Positions 1-9,497 of a DNA stretch of 64,000 nucleotides are shown in pieces (positions within the stretch are counted from its first letter, which is position 1; each line of letters opens with the position of its first letter). A program made the translations under genes and the position numbers. Source of the DNA: Candidatus Bathyarchaeota archaeon (GTDB lineage: Archaea > Thermoproteota > Bathyarchaeia > TCS64); assembly GCA_963771885.1 (NCBI GenBank), contig CAVYVF010000023.1:160001-224000 (forward strand), written 5' to 3'. Below the pieces are notes generated by a model that saw only the letters and a list, made by a program, of their open reading frames with translations, searched no databases and had not been told where the DNA came from.

Positions 1-298
1 AGACCCTCACGCCCCCCGACGCCCTGACCACGTCGACAGTGGCGGAGGTGTGATCCCAGTGGCCGTGGCTGAGGACGACGGCGTCGATGCCCCCGAGGTC
101 GACCTTGAGGGTCTTCAGGTTCCTGAGGAGGCACTCTCTGTCGCTGCCCGTGTCGAGGAGGACGCGCCTCCTTGTGCCCCGTGACTTGTATTCTAGAAGT
201 GTCGAGAAGCCCCAGTGGGCTACCGGACCAGCGCTCTGGACGATGTTGTCGAGGATTGTCGTGAGTTTGAGGCTACTTACCTCGGCGGGGCTAATCAT
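1..298 (-). CDS. MBL-fold metallo-hydrolase (5' part, runs off window start)
   Basis: Manual translation from ATG at 298: MISPAEVSSLKLTTILDN...HWGFSTLLE...VLLDTG...AVVLSHGHWDHT (HxHxDH motif); not in the ORF track because it is truncated by the window edge. Confidence 0.85.
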   Translation of the reverse strand, partial: MISPAEVSSLKLTTILDNIVQSAGPVAHWGFSTLLEYKSRGTRRRVLLDTGSDRECLLRNLKTLKVDLGGIDAVVLSHGHWDHTSATVDVVRASGGVRV

Positions 299-329
299 GG
301 AATAAAAATTGTGCATCAGAGATATAGCC

Positions 330-1127
330 TTAGACAGCGGGGGCCTCTCCGCCCTCGCCCGGCTTCCACCCCTTGACGTAGCCGATCGTCGTCTTCACCG
401 AGCGGCTGAGGTAGCCGAGGTCGGTGTCGAGGGCGCAGAACCTGAAGCCCCTCTTTATCGCGTCGTTGATGTCTGTAGCGTCCTGCGTGACGAAGCAGTG
501 CATCCCCGGCGCCACACCGTGCTCCCTCCCCGCGTCCACTATCTTATCTAGCGCCTCGATGAACTTGGGGTTCGTGTACTGCTTATGTATCCCCATATCG
601 AGGCTGAGGTCGCTCGGCCCCACGAAGCATGCGTCCACGCCTTCGACGCTGAATATCGCGTCGAGATTCTCCACCCCCTTGACCGACTCGATCATCGGGA
701 TTACGAGAATCTCATCGTTCGCCGTCTTGAAGTAATCAGGGTCGCGGAACGCCGCGAGGCGCGGACCCGCGCCCCTCTCCCCCTTCGGCGGGTACTTCAT
801 GAGGCGTACCGCCTCCTTCGCCATCTCCGCCGACTCGACGCGGGGCAGCACCAGACCCATAGCGCCAGCGTCGAGCACCTTCTTGCACCAGATGAGGTCG
901 ATCCAGGGGATGCGCGCCAAGGGCATGCACTTGCCCCGCGCGTAGAGCATGCTCTGCACGAGGCTGTGGTAGGTCTCCGGGCCGTAGGCGCTGTGCTCCA
1001 TGTCGCAGACGAGCCAGTCAAAGCCCATGTCCGCGAGGTACATCGTCATATCAGGGTGGCCGACGGTCACCCACGTCCCAATCGCCGGCTTGCCGGCCTT
1101 CAGCTTCTGCTTTACAAGGTTTCTCAT
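330..1127 (-). CDS. HpcH/HpaI (GarL-like) class II aldolase
   Basis: GFDWLVCDMEHS, LDAGAMG, KYPPKGERG, MIES, FVGPSDLS motifs. Confidence 0.9.
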   Translation of the reverse strand: MRNLVKQKLKAGKPAIGTWVTVGHPDMTMYLADMGFDWLVCDMEHSAYGPETYHSLVQSMLYARGKCMPLARIPWIDLIWCKKVLDAGAMGLVLPRVESAEMAKEAVRLMKYPPKGERGAGPRLAAFRDPDYFKTANDEILVIPMIESVKGVENLDAIFSVEGVDACFVGPSDLSLDMGIHKQYTNPKFIEALDKIVDAGREHGVAPGMHCFVTQDATDINDAIKRGFRFCALDTDLGYLSRSVKTTIGYVKGWKPGEGGEAPAV

Positions 1128-1218
1128 GGCGTAGAAAGTGACGGTCTGTTCTTAATACAGTTGCCCGTGGGCGTCAATCCTAAATGATGAACACCTCCCT
1201 CTACTTCGAGGGACAGGT

Positions 1219-2532
1219 TTGAGTTTCAGCGGGGAGAAAGCCTTCGGGTACATGAAAAAGCTCGCAGAAGACATTGGGCCACGGCCCAGCGGCACAGAAA
1301 CGGAGAGGAAAGCCGCGGAGTGGATAATGTCAGAGTTCAAGAGGCTCGGCTACGACTCCAGAATAGAGGAGTTCGACGCCTTCACGGGGATAATTAAGGC
1401 GCAGAAGCTGGAGGTATTAAAACCCTACAAGGCAGAGGTCGCCTGCGAGGTCATGCCCCTTTCGGGAAGCACCGGCGCGAAAGGCGTGACCGGAGAACTG
1501 CTCTACCTCGACACATATGACGAGGAGTACATCACCCCCGAGGTGAAGGGCAAGATCATAATCACCGGCGGAGCCCCCGCCAACAGGGACCGCGCCTTCG
1601 CCCAGCTCAAGAAGTACAAGCCAGCGGGCATCATAATCATCGAGTCCACACCCAAGGCGATGGCGAAGAACCTATGGGGTAGCCCAACCTTCCGCAAGAA
1701 GTATGTCGACATACCCATGGTTAGGGTCGCCTTCGAGGACGGCGTCAACCTCGTAAAGTCGGGCGCCAAGACGATGCGCCTCGTCGCCGTCGCCGAGGAG
1801 AAGACGATTAAGACCCAGAACGTCGTCGCCGAACTCAAGGGGACGACCCGCCGAGAGGAGATCATAGTAGTCTGCGGACACTACGACACAGTATTGGAGG
1901 TCCCCGGCGCTGGCGACAACGCGGGAGGCACAGCCATCACCCTCGAACTCGCACGCGTCTTCAAGAAGAAGGGCACGAAGAGGACGATGCGCTTCATCGC
2001 CTGGGGATGCGAGGAGCTCGGACTGCTCGGCAGCCGGGAGTACGCGAGGAGGCTCAGGACGGAGAGCGAGGCGGAGAAGAAGGCGGACGAGGAAGCCGTC
2101 ACCGAGCTCGACAACACCGTCCTCTGCCTCAACCTCGACGTCCACGGCGGCATGATAGGCACGAACGTCGCCAAAGTACTCGGCCCACCCGAGCTAACGA
2201 CATCCGTGAAGCTGCTCAGCAAGGAGAAGGGCACGGTCTTCATCGTCTCAGAGGGCGTCTACTCATCCGACGGCACGCCTTTCTCCGCAGTCGGGATCCC
2301 CAGTGTCTCACTCAGCAGGGAGACGCCCACAAACCTCCTCATGCACAGCAGAGAAGACGTAGAGAAGTGGCTCAGCCCCGAGGCACTGGAGGCACACGGC
2401 CTTTTCGCCGAGGAGTTCCTCACCCGCTACGCCGCCGAGGCCGCCGCGTGGCCCTTCGAGAAGACGATACCCGAAAAGCAGAAGAAGGAAATCGAGGACT
2501 ACTTCAAGAAAGCGGGGAGAAAGCTCCCCTAG
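1219..2532 (+). CDS. M28 family aminopeptidase with PA domain
   Basis: IGPRPSGT, CGHYDT, GAGDNAGG, WGCEELGLLGS, NLD, SD and H..D Zn-ligand motifs; TTG start. Confidence 0.88.
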   Translation: MSFSGEKAFGYMKKLAEDIGPRPSGTETERKAAEWIMSEFKRLGYDSRIEEFDAFTGIIKAQKLEVLKPYKAEVACEVMPLSGSTGAKGVTGELLYLDTYDEEYITPEVKGKIIITGGAPANRDRAFAQLKKYKPAGIIIIESTPKAMAKNLWGSPTFRKKYVDIPMVRVAFEDGVNLVKSGAKTMRLVAVAEEKTIKTQNVVAELKGTTRREEIIVVCGHYDTVLEVPGAGDNAGGTAITLELARVFKKKGTKRTMRFIAWGCEELGLLGSREYARRLRTESEAEKKADEEAVTELDNTVLCLNLDVHGGMIGTNVAKVLGPPELTTSVKLLSKEKGTVFIVSEGVYSSDGTPFSAVGIPSVSLSRETPTNLLMHSREDVEKWLSPEALEAHGLFAEEFLTRYAAEAAAWPFEKTIPEKQKKEIEDYFKKAGRKLP

Positions 2533-4334
2533 TCTTCTTCCTCGGGGTTCTCCTCAATCCAACTGAACTTCTTCTGCAGCGTCGAAGGGTAGTAGCTACG
2601 CCAGTCGAAGCCGACCCTGCGCCCCCAGTCGAGGTAGATGCGGGGGTCGACGTAGTTCTTCAGGCTTGTGCCGAGGTTATAGTCGCGTGTTATCTCCTGC
2701 GCCTCGACCTGCAGCCTCATGCGCTCGACAGTCTCTCTGTCGCGCTTCCGCTTCTCCTCTAGTTGCTTCTTCAGCTTGAGCGAGGCTGTGACGTAGGCGT
2801 TCTTGAGCTTGCGTACGCGTTCGCGAGCCGCCTTCGTTGCCTTACGGGCGGCGTCGAGCCTCTTCTTCGGCGCCTTGAGCTCGGCTCCGGCCTTCTCTGC
2901 CTCAGCTAGCTTTGTCCTCTGAACCTCTTCTTTCCCCTCAGCCTCGACTAGTCTTTTCTCAGCCTCGACCAGTTTCTCGCGGTACTTGTTCTCCTCGTCA
3001 GTGATCTTAGCGCGGAGTGCCTTCTCATCGGCTGATGCCTTGGCTTCGAGTTGCTTTAAGTGTGCCTTCTTTTTTTCGAGGCTCTGCTGCCAAGTCTTGG
3101 GGATGGTGCGCTTGTGGTTGCAGATTATTGCAGCTTCGAGGTTGGCGCGCAGGGCAGCTTGGCGCTTAACGTAGTCGGGGTCCTCGGGCTTGACGATCTC
3201 TTTGGCGAGTCTGCCGCCGACCGCGTCTGTGGCGTATAAGGTCCTGAAGACCTTGGCGCTGAGCCCCTCCATAATCTCCTTTAGGAAGTCGCCCACGTGG
3301 CCCGAGTTTATGCCCTCGAAGAGGCTATCCTTCCCCGCCCCGCTGGCGAAATCGCGGAGGTTGGCCACCACCTTTGGGGGCAGGGGGGCTGTGATGTTCA
3401 TCGGCACCGAGTCCTTACCGAGGAAGTTGAAGGTGACAGAGCCGTCCCTGTTGAAGCAGACGTGCTCCGGGCGGAGGGTGCTTGCGCCCACCGTATCGGC
3501 CTCGTCCTCGTCGTCCTTCTCGTCTCCGACTCTGAACTTGAGGCGGTCGATGAGGTAGCAGACCGTCGCCGTCTTGCGCCGCTTGAGGTCGGCGGTGGTG
3601 AGGTTGCCCTCTATGTGTGCCTTGACCTCGTCGAGTTTCTCCTTTAGGGCACGTGCCTTCTCGTACTTCTCCATGTCCTTCCTCTGCTTGAGGAAGCTTG
3701 CGTCGCCGGGCCAGACGTACTTCTTTTTGCCACTGAGCTTGTCCGTCCAGCGGGCAATCCACATTGTGCCGGGCTCCCAGACTATCGCCTTCCAGTTGCC
3801 CGGCGGGTGCGGGGCGTCGGGGCTGAGGTTGAGCTCTATGTCCCCGTACTGGGGACCCCTCTTCCACCTGCCCCTCCACGGGTGCTGGCCGCGGCCCATG
3901 AAGATACTGTTTGGCTCCACGTTGTAGTTGCCGAGTTCCATCCGCTGCCCGTCGACCGTGGCGTAGCCGTACTTCTCCTTGTTGGCGTCGCGCTGCGCCT
4001 TCCGCTCAGCTGCCTGCGCCTTCTTCACCTCGGGTGGGAGGTTCTGCTTCTCCTCGCGCTCGCGCTGCACGACCCTGATTATGGCGGTAAAATCTACTTC
4101 GCCAGGTTTCAGTTCGAGGCCGAGTGCCTTGCCGAAGTCCTCGTGGAAGTTCTCAGCGAACTTGGGGTCGTCGACGTAGGGCGTGCCGACCTTCTTCGCC
4201 CAGGCGACTGCTATCTCCTCCTGCTCGTCGCTAAGGCTGACGGGCTGGCCCTTGATGTTGACTGTGAATCCGCGCGCCTTGTACTTGGGGGGGACGATGA
4301 CGCCGTTGTGGTGGAGTGTGTTCACGCTGTGCAC
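2529..4334 (-). CDS. top1B: DNA topoisomerase IB (eukaryote-like)
   Basis: LHHNGV, FMGRGQHP, FRVGDEK, ADTVG, FLGKDS, SAKVFRT, CNHKR, SLKNYVDPR (complete R-K-R-H-Y catalytic pentad); start taken at GTG 4334 (ORF track extends to 4463 into the upstream gene). Confidence 0.93.
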   Translation of the reverse strand: MHSVNTLHHNGVIVPPKYKARGFTVNIKGQPVSLSDEQEEIAVAWAKKVGTPYVDDPKFAENFHEDFGKALGLELKPGEVDFTAIIRVVQREREEKQNLPPEVKKAQAAERKAQRDANKEKYGYATVDGQRMELGNYNVEPNSIFMGRGQHPWRGRWKRGPQYGDIELNLSPDAPHPPGNWKAIVWEPGTMWIARWTDKLSGKKKYVWPGDASFLKQRKDMEKYEKARALKEKLDEVKAHIEGNLTTADLKRRKTATVCYLIDRLKFRVGDEKDDEDEADTVGASTLRPEHVCFNRDGSVTFNFLGKDSVPMNITAPLPPKVVANLRDFASGAGKDSLFEGINSGHVGDFLKEIMEGLSAKVFRTLYATDAVGGRLAKEIVKPEDPDYVKRQAALRANLEAAIICNHKRTIPKTWQQSLEKKKAHLKQLEAKASADEKALRAKITDEENKYREKLVEAEKRLVEAEGKEEVQRTKLAEAEKAGAELKAPKKRLDAARKATKAARERVRKLKNAYVTASLKLKKQLEEKRKRDRETVERMRLQVEAQEITRDYNLGTSLKNYVDPRIYLDWGRRVGFDWRSYYPSTLQKKFSWIEENPEEED

Positions 4335-4395
4335 CGGGGGGCTTTGATGAATACCGGGTGGCCCCTCTATAAAAATTACCCAAAGACTGCGGTCA

Positions 4396-4968
4396 TCAGG
4401 GGAGCGCCTTCTCCAGGTCGCCGACGCTGAGCATGGCGCCGAAGCGCTCCGCTGGCTTCCCACCCCTGAAGATGATCACAGTTGGAATGCCCATGACGTT
4501 GTACTCCTTCCACTTCTCCGTGTTTGTGACGTCCATCTCGTAGTAGTCGGCGCCCGTGTGCTTCTCGGCGAGCGCCTTGAACTGTGGCTTGATGACCTGG
4601 CAGGCTGGGCAGCCCTCGCTGCTAAATAGGAGGGCGACGGGCCTGCCCGCCCTGAGCACTTTCTCTTGGAAGTTGCCGTCGGTGATCGGGGTGATCGTCT
4701 TGGACTCGCCCCTGCTGAAGAGGTCCCTGAGCTTCGAGAGGGGGCCCGGGTACTTCTTGTAGGCGACCTGGTAGCCGACGTCCTCTATCGCCTTCTCAAT
4801 GGCTGTGAGGGGGACGGTATCCTCCATCGTGACCTTGATTGTCTTCTTGAGGTAGTTGCCCTGCGCCTTCGTGACGCCAGGGACCTTCATCACTGACTTC
4901 TCCAGCGTGACGACGCATGTGGGGCAGTCCATCCGGGTGATGCCGATCTCCTTTGTGACCTCGGGCAT
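4396..4968 (-). CDS. Heavy-metal-associated (CopZ-like) domain fused to a thioredoxin-fold domain
   Basis: N-terminal MDCPTC...IEDVGY HMA domain; C-terminal FSSEGCPAC...YNVMGIPTVIIF thioredoxin fold with cis-Pro motif; ATG at 4968, 2 nt after the corrected copA stop. Confidence 0.85.
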   Translation of the reverse strand: MPEVTKEIGITRMDCPTCVVTLEKSVMKVPGVTKAQGNYLKKTIKVTMEDTVPLTAIEKAIEDVGYQVAYKKYPGPLSKLRDLFSRGESKTITPITDGNFQEKVLRAGRPVALLFSSEGCPACQVIKPQFKALAEKHTGADYYEMDVTNTEKWKEYNVMGIPTVIIFRGGKPAERFGAMLSVGDLEKALP

Positions 4969-4970
4969 GG

Positions 4971-7039
4971 CTAGTCCCTCGGCTTCCACCTGCGGAGCAG
5001 TAGGCTGTTGTGACCACTGTTATGCTGCTGAGGGCCATGGCGCCCGCGGCGAATATCGGGTTCATCTGTATGCCCCAAGGGACGAGGACGCCCGCGGCGA
5101 CGGGTATCAGCGCCGTGTTGTAGGCGAAGGCCCAGAACAGGTTCTGCACTATCTTGCTGTATGTGCGCTTGCTCAGCTCGATGGCGGTGGATACGTCCTC
5201 CAGGTTGTTCCTGATGAGGATTATACCGGCGCTCTCGACTGCTACGTCGGTTCCGCTGCCGAGGGCTATGCCCACGTCGGAGGCGGCGAGGGCGGGCGCG
5301 TCGTTGACGCCGTCCCCAACCATCGCGGTTACGAGGCCCTCCTTCTGCAGGTCCTTTATGACGCCGACCTTGTCCTCAGGGAGGACCTCAGCGCGGAACT
5401 CGTCGATGCCTACCTGCTTCGCGATCGCCTCGGCTGTGCGCTTGTTATCGCCCGTAATCATGACGACCCTGAGGCCCAGATCCTTGAGCTTCTTCACCGC
5501 CTTGGGGGCGTTGTCCTTTACCTGGTCGGCGACGGCGATGATTCCCGTCACCTTCCCGTTCATCGACACGAATGCAAGCGTCTTGCCCTCGTCGTAGAGC
5601 CTCTCGGCCTTCGCCTTGATGTCCTCGGGGAACTCGGCCTTAGTCTCCTCCATTAAGCGGCTCGTGCCGACGACGTAGTGCCTCCTCCCGATGTCGCCCT
5701 TGACGCCCCTGCCGGCGAGCGCCTCGAAGTTCTTAGGCTCGTAGAGTTTGAGCTTCTTCTCCTCAGCCATCTTGACGACGGCCGCGGCGATCGGATGCTC
5801 GCTCAGCTTCTCAAGGCTTGCGGCGTGGGAGAGGGCATCGTCCTGGTCCTCGGCCACTATGTCCGTAACGGCGATCTCGCCCTTGGTGAGGGTACCCGTC
5901 TTGTCGAAGGCGACGGCCTGAAGACTACGCGCCTTCTCGAGGTATTCGCCATTCTTGATGAGTATACCGTTCTGTGCGCCGAGCCCCGCACCGACGAGTA
6001 TGGCTGTGGGCGTGGCTATCCCCATTGCGCAGGGGCATGCGACTATTACGACTGCGACGAAGGCGGTGAAGGCGACGCCGAAGCCAGCGCCTACGACATT
6101 GTTCCAGACGATGAACGTTGTCACTGCGATGATGAGTATAGCGGGGGTGAAGTATGCGGCGACTGTGTCGGCGAGGCGCTGTATCGGCGCCTTACTGAGC
6201 TGCGCCTCCTCGACCATCTGGACGATCTGCTGGAGGGTCGTGTTCATACCGATCTTGGTGACGTCCATCTTAAAGCTGCCCTCCCTGTTGATGGTGCCGC
6301 CAATGACCTCGTCGCCCACCTTCTTGGAGACGGGGACGCTCTCGCCGGTGATCATGCTCTCGTCGATGCTGCTGGCACCATCAACGAGGACACCGTCGAG
6401 CGGGATGCGTTCTCCAGGTTTGACGCGGAGTATGTCCATGGGCATGATCGTCTCAACGCCGACCTCCTCCTCCTTGCCGTCCTCCTTGACTATGCGCGCC
6501 ATGGGGGGCTGCAGGTCGAGCAGCTTGCGAACAGCCTCGGATGCCCTGCCGCGTGCGACCTCCTCGAGGTACTTGCCGATGAGGATGAGGCCGAGTATCA
6601 TCGCGGCAGCGTCGAAGTAGACGTCCATGCTCGGCGCCCACTGGGGGAAGAGGACGACGAAGGCGCTGTAGCCGTATGCGGTCGTCGTCCCGATTACGAT
6701 GAGAGTGTCCATGTTGGCGGTCCTCGCCTTAAGCGCTCCCCAGGCGCCGCGGTAGTATCGCCACCCGGCGATGAACTGGACGGGTGTACCCAGCAGGAGC
6801 CCCCAAATGTGGTGGCTGAAGAGCGGCGGCTCCGGGAGGAACATCATGATCATCAGGACGAAGCCGAGGGTCAGGCTGAAGATAGCGAGGTTCCTTAGCT
6901 TCTTCAGCTCGACGTCGGGGTGCTGAAATGTCAGCATGCAGCCCTCGCTGCAGAAGTAGTAGGTCTTGCCGCCCTGCTCCACCTTGAAGGCGGCGTGCTC
7001 TTCATCAACGTGCATCCCGCAGACTGGGTCGCGTGCCAT
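4971..7039 (-). CDS. copA: Cu(I)-exporting P1B-type ATPase with N-terminal YHS/TRASH domain (1-nt deletion near 5009)
   Basis: DPVCGM..YYFCSEGC, TGES, CPCAMG, DKTGTLT, SEHP, GDGVNDAP, YN, MALSS; restoring one base at ~5009 gives the normal ending VTNSLLLRRWKPRD* (TAG 4971-4973). Confidence 0.92.
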
Positions 7040-7106
7040 TGTATTCTCTGGGTGCTCTGCGAATTACCTAAATTTAAATAGTCAGCGGAAAACTGGGCGA
7101 AAACGG

Positions 7107-9237
7107 CTATCTTATCCTACCCTCTACGTCCTTGTCGACCTTAACGACCTTGCTGCCCGCTGAAAGGAGCTTGCCGTTGACGTAGGCCTTGCCCGCCTTC
7201 GCCTCTAGTGTCAGGGCTGCGATGTCACCGATCTCGATCTGGGGCGCGCCTTCACCGCTGATACCCTCGGCGGTGACCTGTGTCCCAGCTGGGCTATCCG
7301 GCGCGTTCAGCACCCCGACGACGCTCCCGGAGTCCCCCGCGAGCAGCATGCCCTGGCTCAGCTCGCCGCGGAGCTTCGCGGGCTTCAGGTTCGTGACGAC
7401 GACGAGATGCTTGCCTAGAAGCTCATCCTTCGGGTAGTGGGGTTTCAACCCGGCGCAGAGCTGCCTTTGCTCGGAGCCGAGGTCGATCTTGAGGACATAG
7501 AGCTTGTCCGCCTGCGGGTGGTCGTTCACCTCGGTGACGACGGCGACGCGCAGGTCAAGTGAGGCGGGACCGGTGGGCTTCGGCTTCTCCTCCTTCTTCG
7601 CCTCGGGTTTTGCCTCTCCGGGCTTCTTCAGCACGATGGAGTCGATCTTGCGGAGAATGATCTTGGCGCCTGCTATCTTGTGGTTCTCGACGGCCACATC
7701 TACGTTGCTCCACTTGAGGGCGGGGAGGCCGAGCTGCTCCTCGACCTGCGAGGAGAACCGGGGCAGTATAGGCTTGACAAGTATCGAGACCGTCTTGACG
7801 ATGTTGACGCAGTCGGTGAGTACCCTCTGCGCCTTCGCCTTGTCCGTCTTGACGAGCTCCCACGGCTGGTTCTCCTGGAAGTACCTGTTGCCGAGCGTGC
7901 TGATCTCGAGGGTCTTGGCTACTGCCTCGCGGAAGTTGTAGTCGTAGTAGCTGTCGCTGACCGACTCTGCGCGCTTCGCTACGTCTGCGAGGAGCTCCTT
8001 GTTCAACACCGTTGAGACGGTGCCTTCGAAGTTCTTGTCGAGGAAGCTCAGCGTCCTGTAGACGAGGTTGGCGATGTTGCTGACGAGCTCATTGTTCACC
8101 TTATCCTGCAGGGTCTTGAGGTCGAGGTCGATGTCGGTCATGCTGTGGCCGAGGTTTGCGGCGTAGAAGTATCTGAGGAGCTCAGGGTCGAGGAGCTCCG
8201 CGAACTCGCGTCCCGTGAGGAAGGTGCCGCGGCTCTTGCTCATCTTCTCCCCGCTGACGTTGAGGAAGCCGTGGACGACGTACGTTGTCGGGGACGTGGA
8301 AGCCGCTGCCCATGAGGACGGCGGGCCAGAAGAGGAGGTGGAAGTAGATGATGTCCTTCCCGATGACGTGGATGATGGTGGAGTCCTCGCCGAGCCAGAT
8401 GTCCTCCGCCGTGAAGTCCCTGCCGCGGCAGTAGTGCGCCGTTGAGGCGATGTAGCCGATGGGCGCGTCAAGCCAGACGTAGAAGTACTTGCTCTCCTCT
8501 CCGGGGATCTTGAAGCCGAAGTATGGGCCATCCCTGCTTATGCACCAGTCCTGAAGCCCCTGATCGACCCAGCTCAGAATCTGGTTCCTGATCTCGGGCT
8601 GCAGGTTCTTGTTCCCGGTGAGCCACCCTCTGAGCTGGTCGCTGAAGTCGTTCAGTCTGAAGAAGTAGTGGCGACTCGGCTTCCTGATGGGCTTTGAGCC
8701 GCAGATGCTGCAGTAGGGCTCAATGAGCTCGATGGTGCTGTAGGCGGCGCCGCACTTCTCGCAGACGTCGCCGTACTGATCCTTCGCCCCGCACTTTGGG
8801 CACGTTCCCTTGACGTACCTGTCGGGGAGGTACCGCTTGCAGTTCTCGCAGTATGTGAGCTCGATGTCCTTAGTGTATATGTGGCCTGCGTCACTAAACG
8901 TTTGAAGATGAGTTCCGTGTAGTGCTTGTTCTCGGGGCTGTGTGTCGTGTAGTAGCTGTCGTAGTCTATGAGGTAGCGCTTGTAGTCTATCGTCGTGTTC
9001 CTTCGCCCACTTGGCGACGAACTGCTCCGGGGGTATGCCCTGCTTCGCCGCCGCTATCTCGATCGGGGCGCCATGTGTGTCTTCCGCGCCGCAGTAGAAG
9101 GCGTCGTGGCCCCTCATCTTGAGGAAACGGACGTAGATGTCAGTCTGTGTGTTCTCCAACAAGTGGCCTATGTGGACGGAGTTGTTGGCGTAGATGAGCG
9201 CCGACGTAATCAGTACTCGCTTCTTGAACTCCTTCAT
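7107..9237 (-). CDS. metG: Methionyl-tRNA synthetase with C-terminal OB-fold tRNA-binding domain (three apparent indels)
   Basis: HIGH, Zn-knuckle CxxC pairs, YVWLDAPIGY, GKDI, KMSKS, HPQADKL...SQGMLLA; compensating shifts near 8994 and 8893 and a further shift near 8285. Confidence 0.93.
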
Positions 9238-9497
9238 CGATGGCTCCCCCCGAAGTTTTCGATCGAATAGCCGGTCAGGGCTATTAAAACACGTTGCCCC
9301 GGCTCAACCGGGCGGTCTCTGGCGATCTTAATTCTTCTAGTGAGTTTTGGTCCCTTATGTCTGACCTCGGACCTTTATTTAAACCTCTGTTATGGCCCCA
9401 CGGGTACACTTTCATCTGACTCCAGTCGGGAGCCTGCACACCACTTATATGCCCGTGCCGAGGTTCGGCGATCGAGGATTCGTCGAGGTAGACAGCC

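Noticed and set aside
4796..4970. CopA C-terminal extension overlapping the HMA-Trx gene
   Set aside because: Disappears when one base is restored at ~5009
585..6898. Long antisense or alternative-frame ORFs (e.g. 5678-6898 +, 2007-2762 +, 585-1187 +; many more across the window)
   Set aside because: Shadow ORFs of GC-rich coding genes with no recognisable motifs
7107..9237. Split metG as programmed frameshifting or a pseudogene
   Set aside because: No slippery sequences, a compensating indel pair, and similar errors across unrelated genes; most likely sequencing error
9298..9312. Short hairpin CCCGG-CTCAA-CCGGG in the metG/uvrA intergenic region as a riboswitch or leader
   Set aside because: A 5-bp GC stem is expected by chance; no recognisable SAM or T-box features
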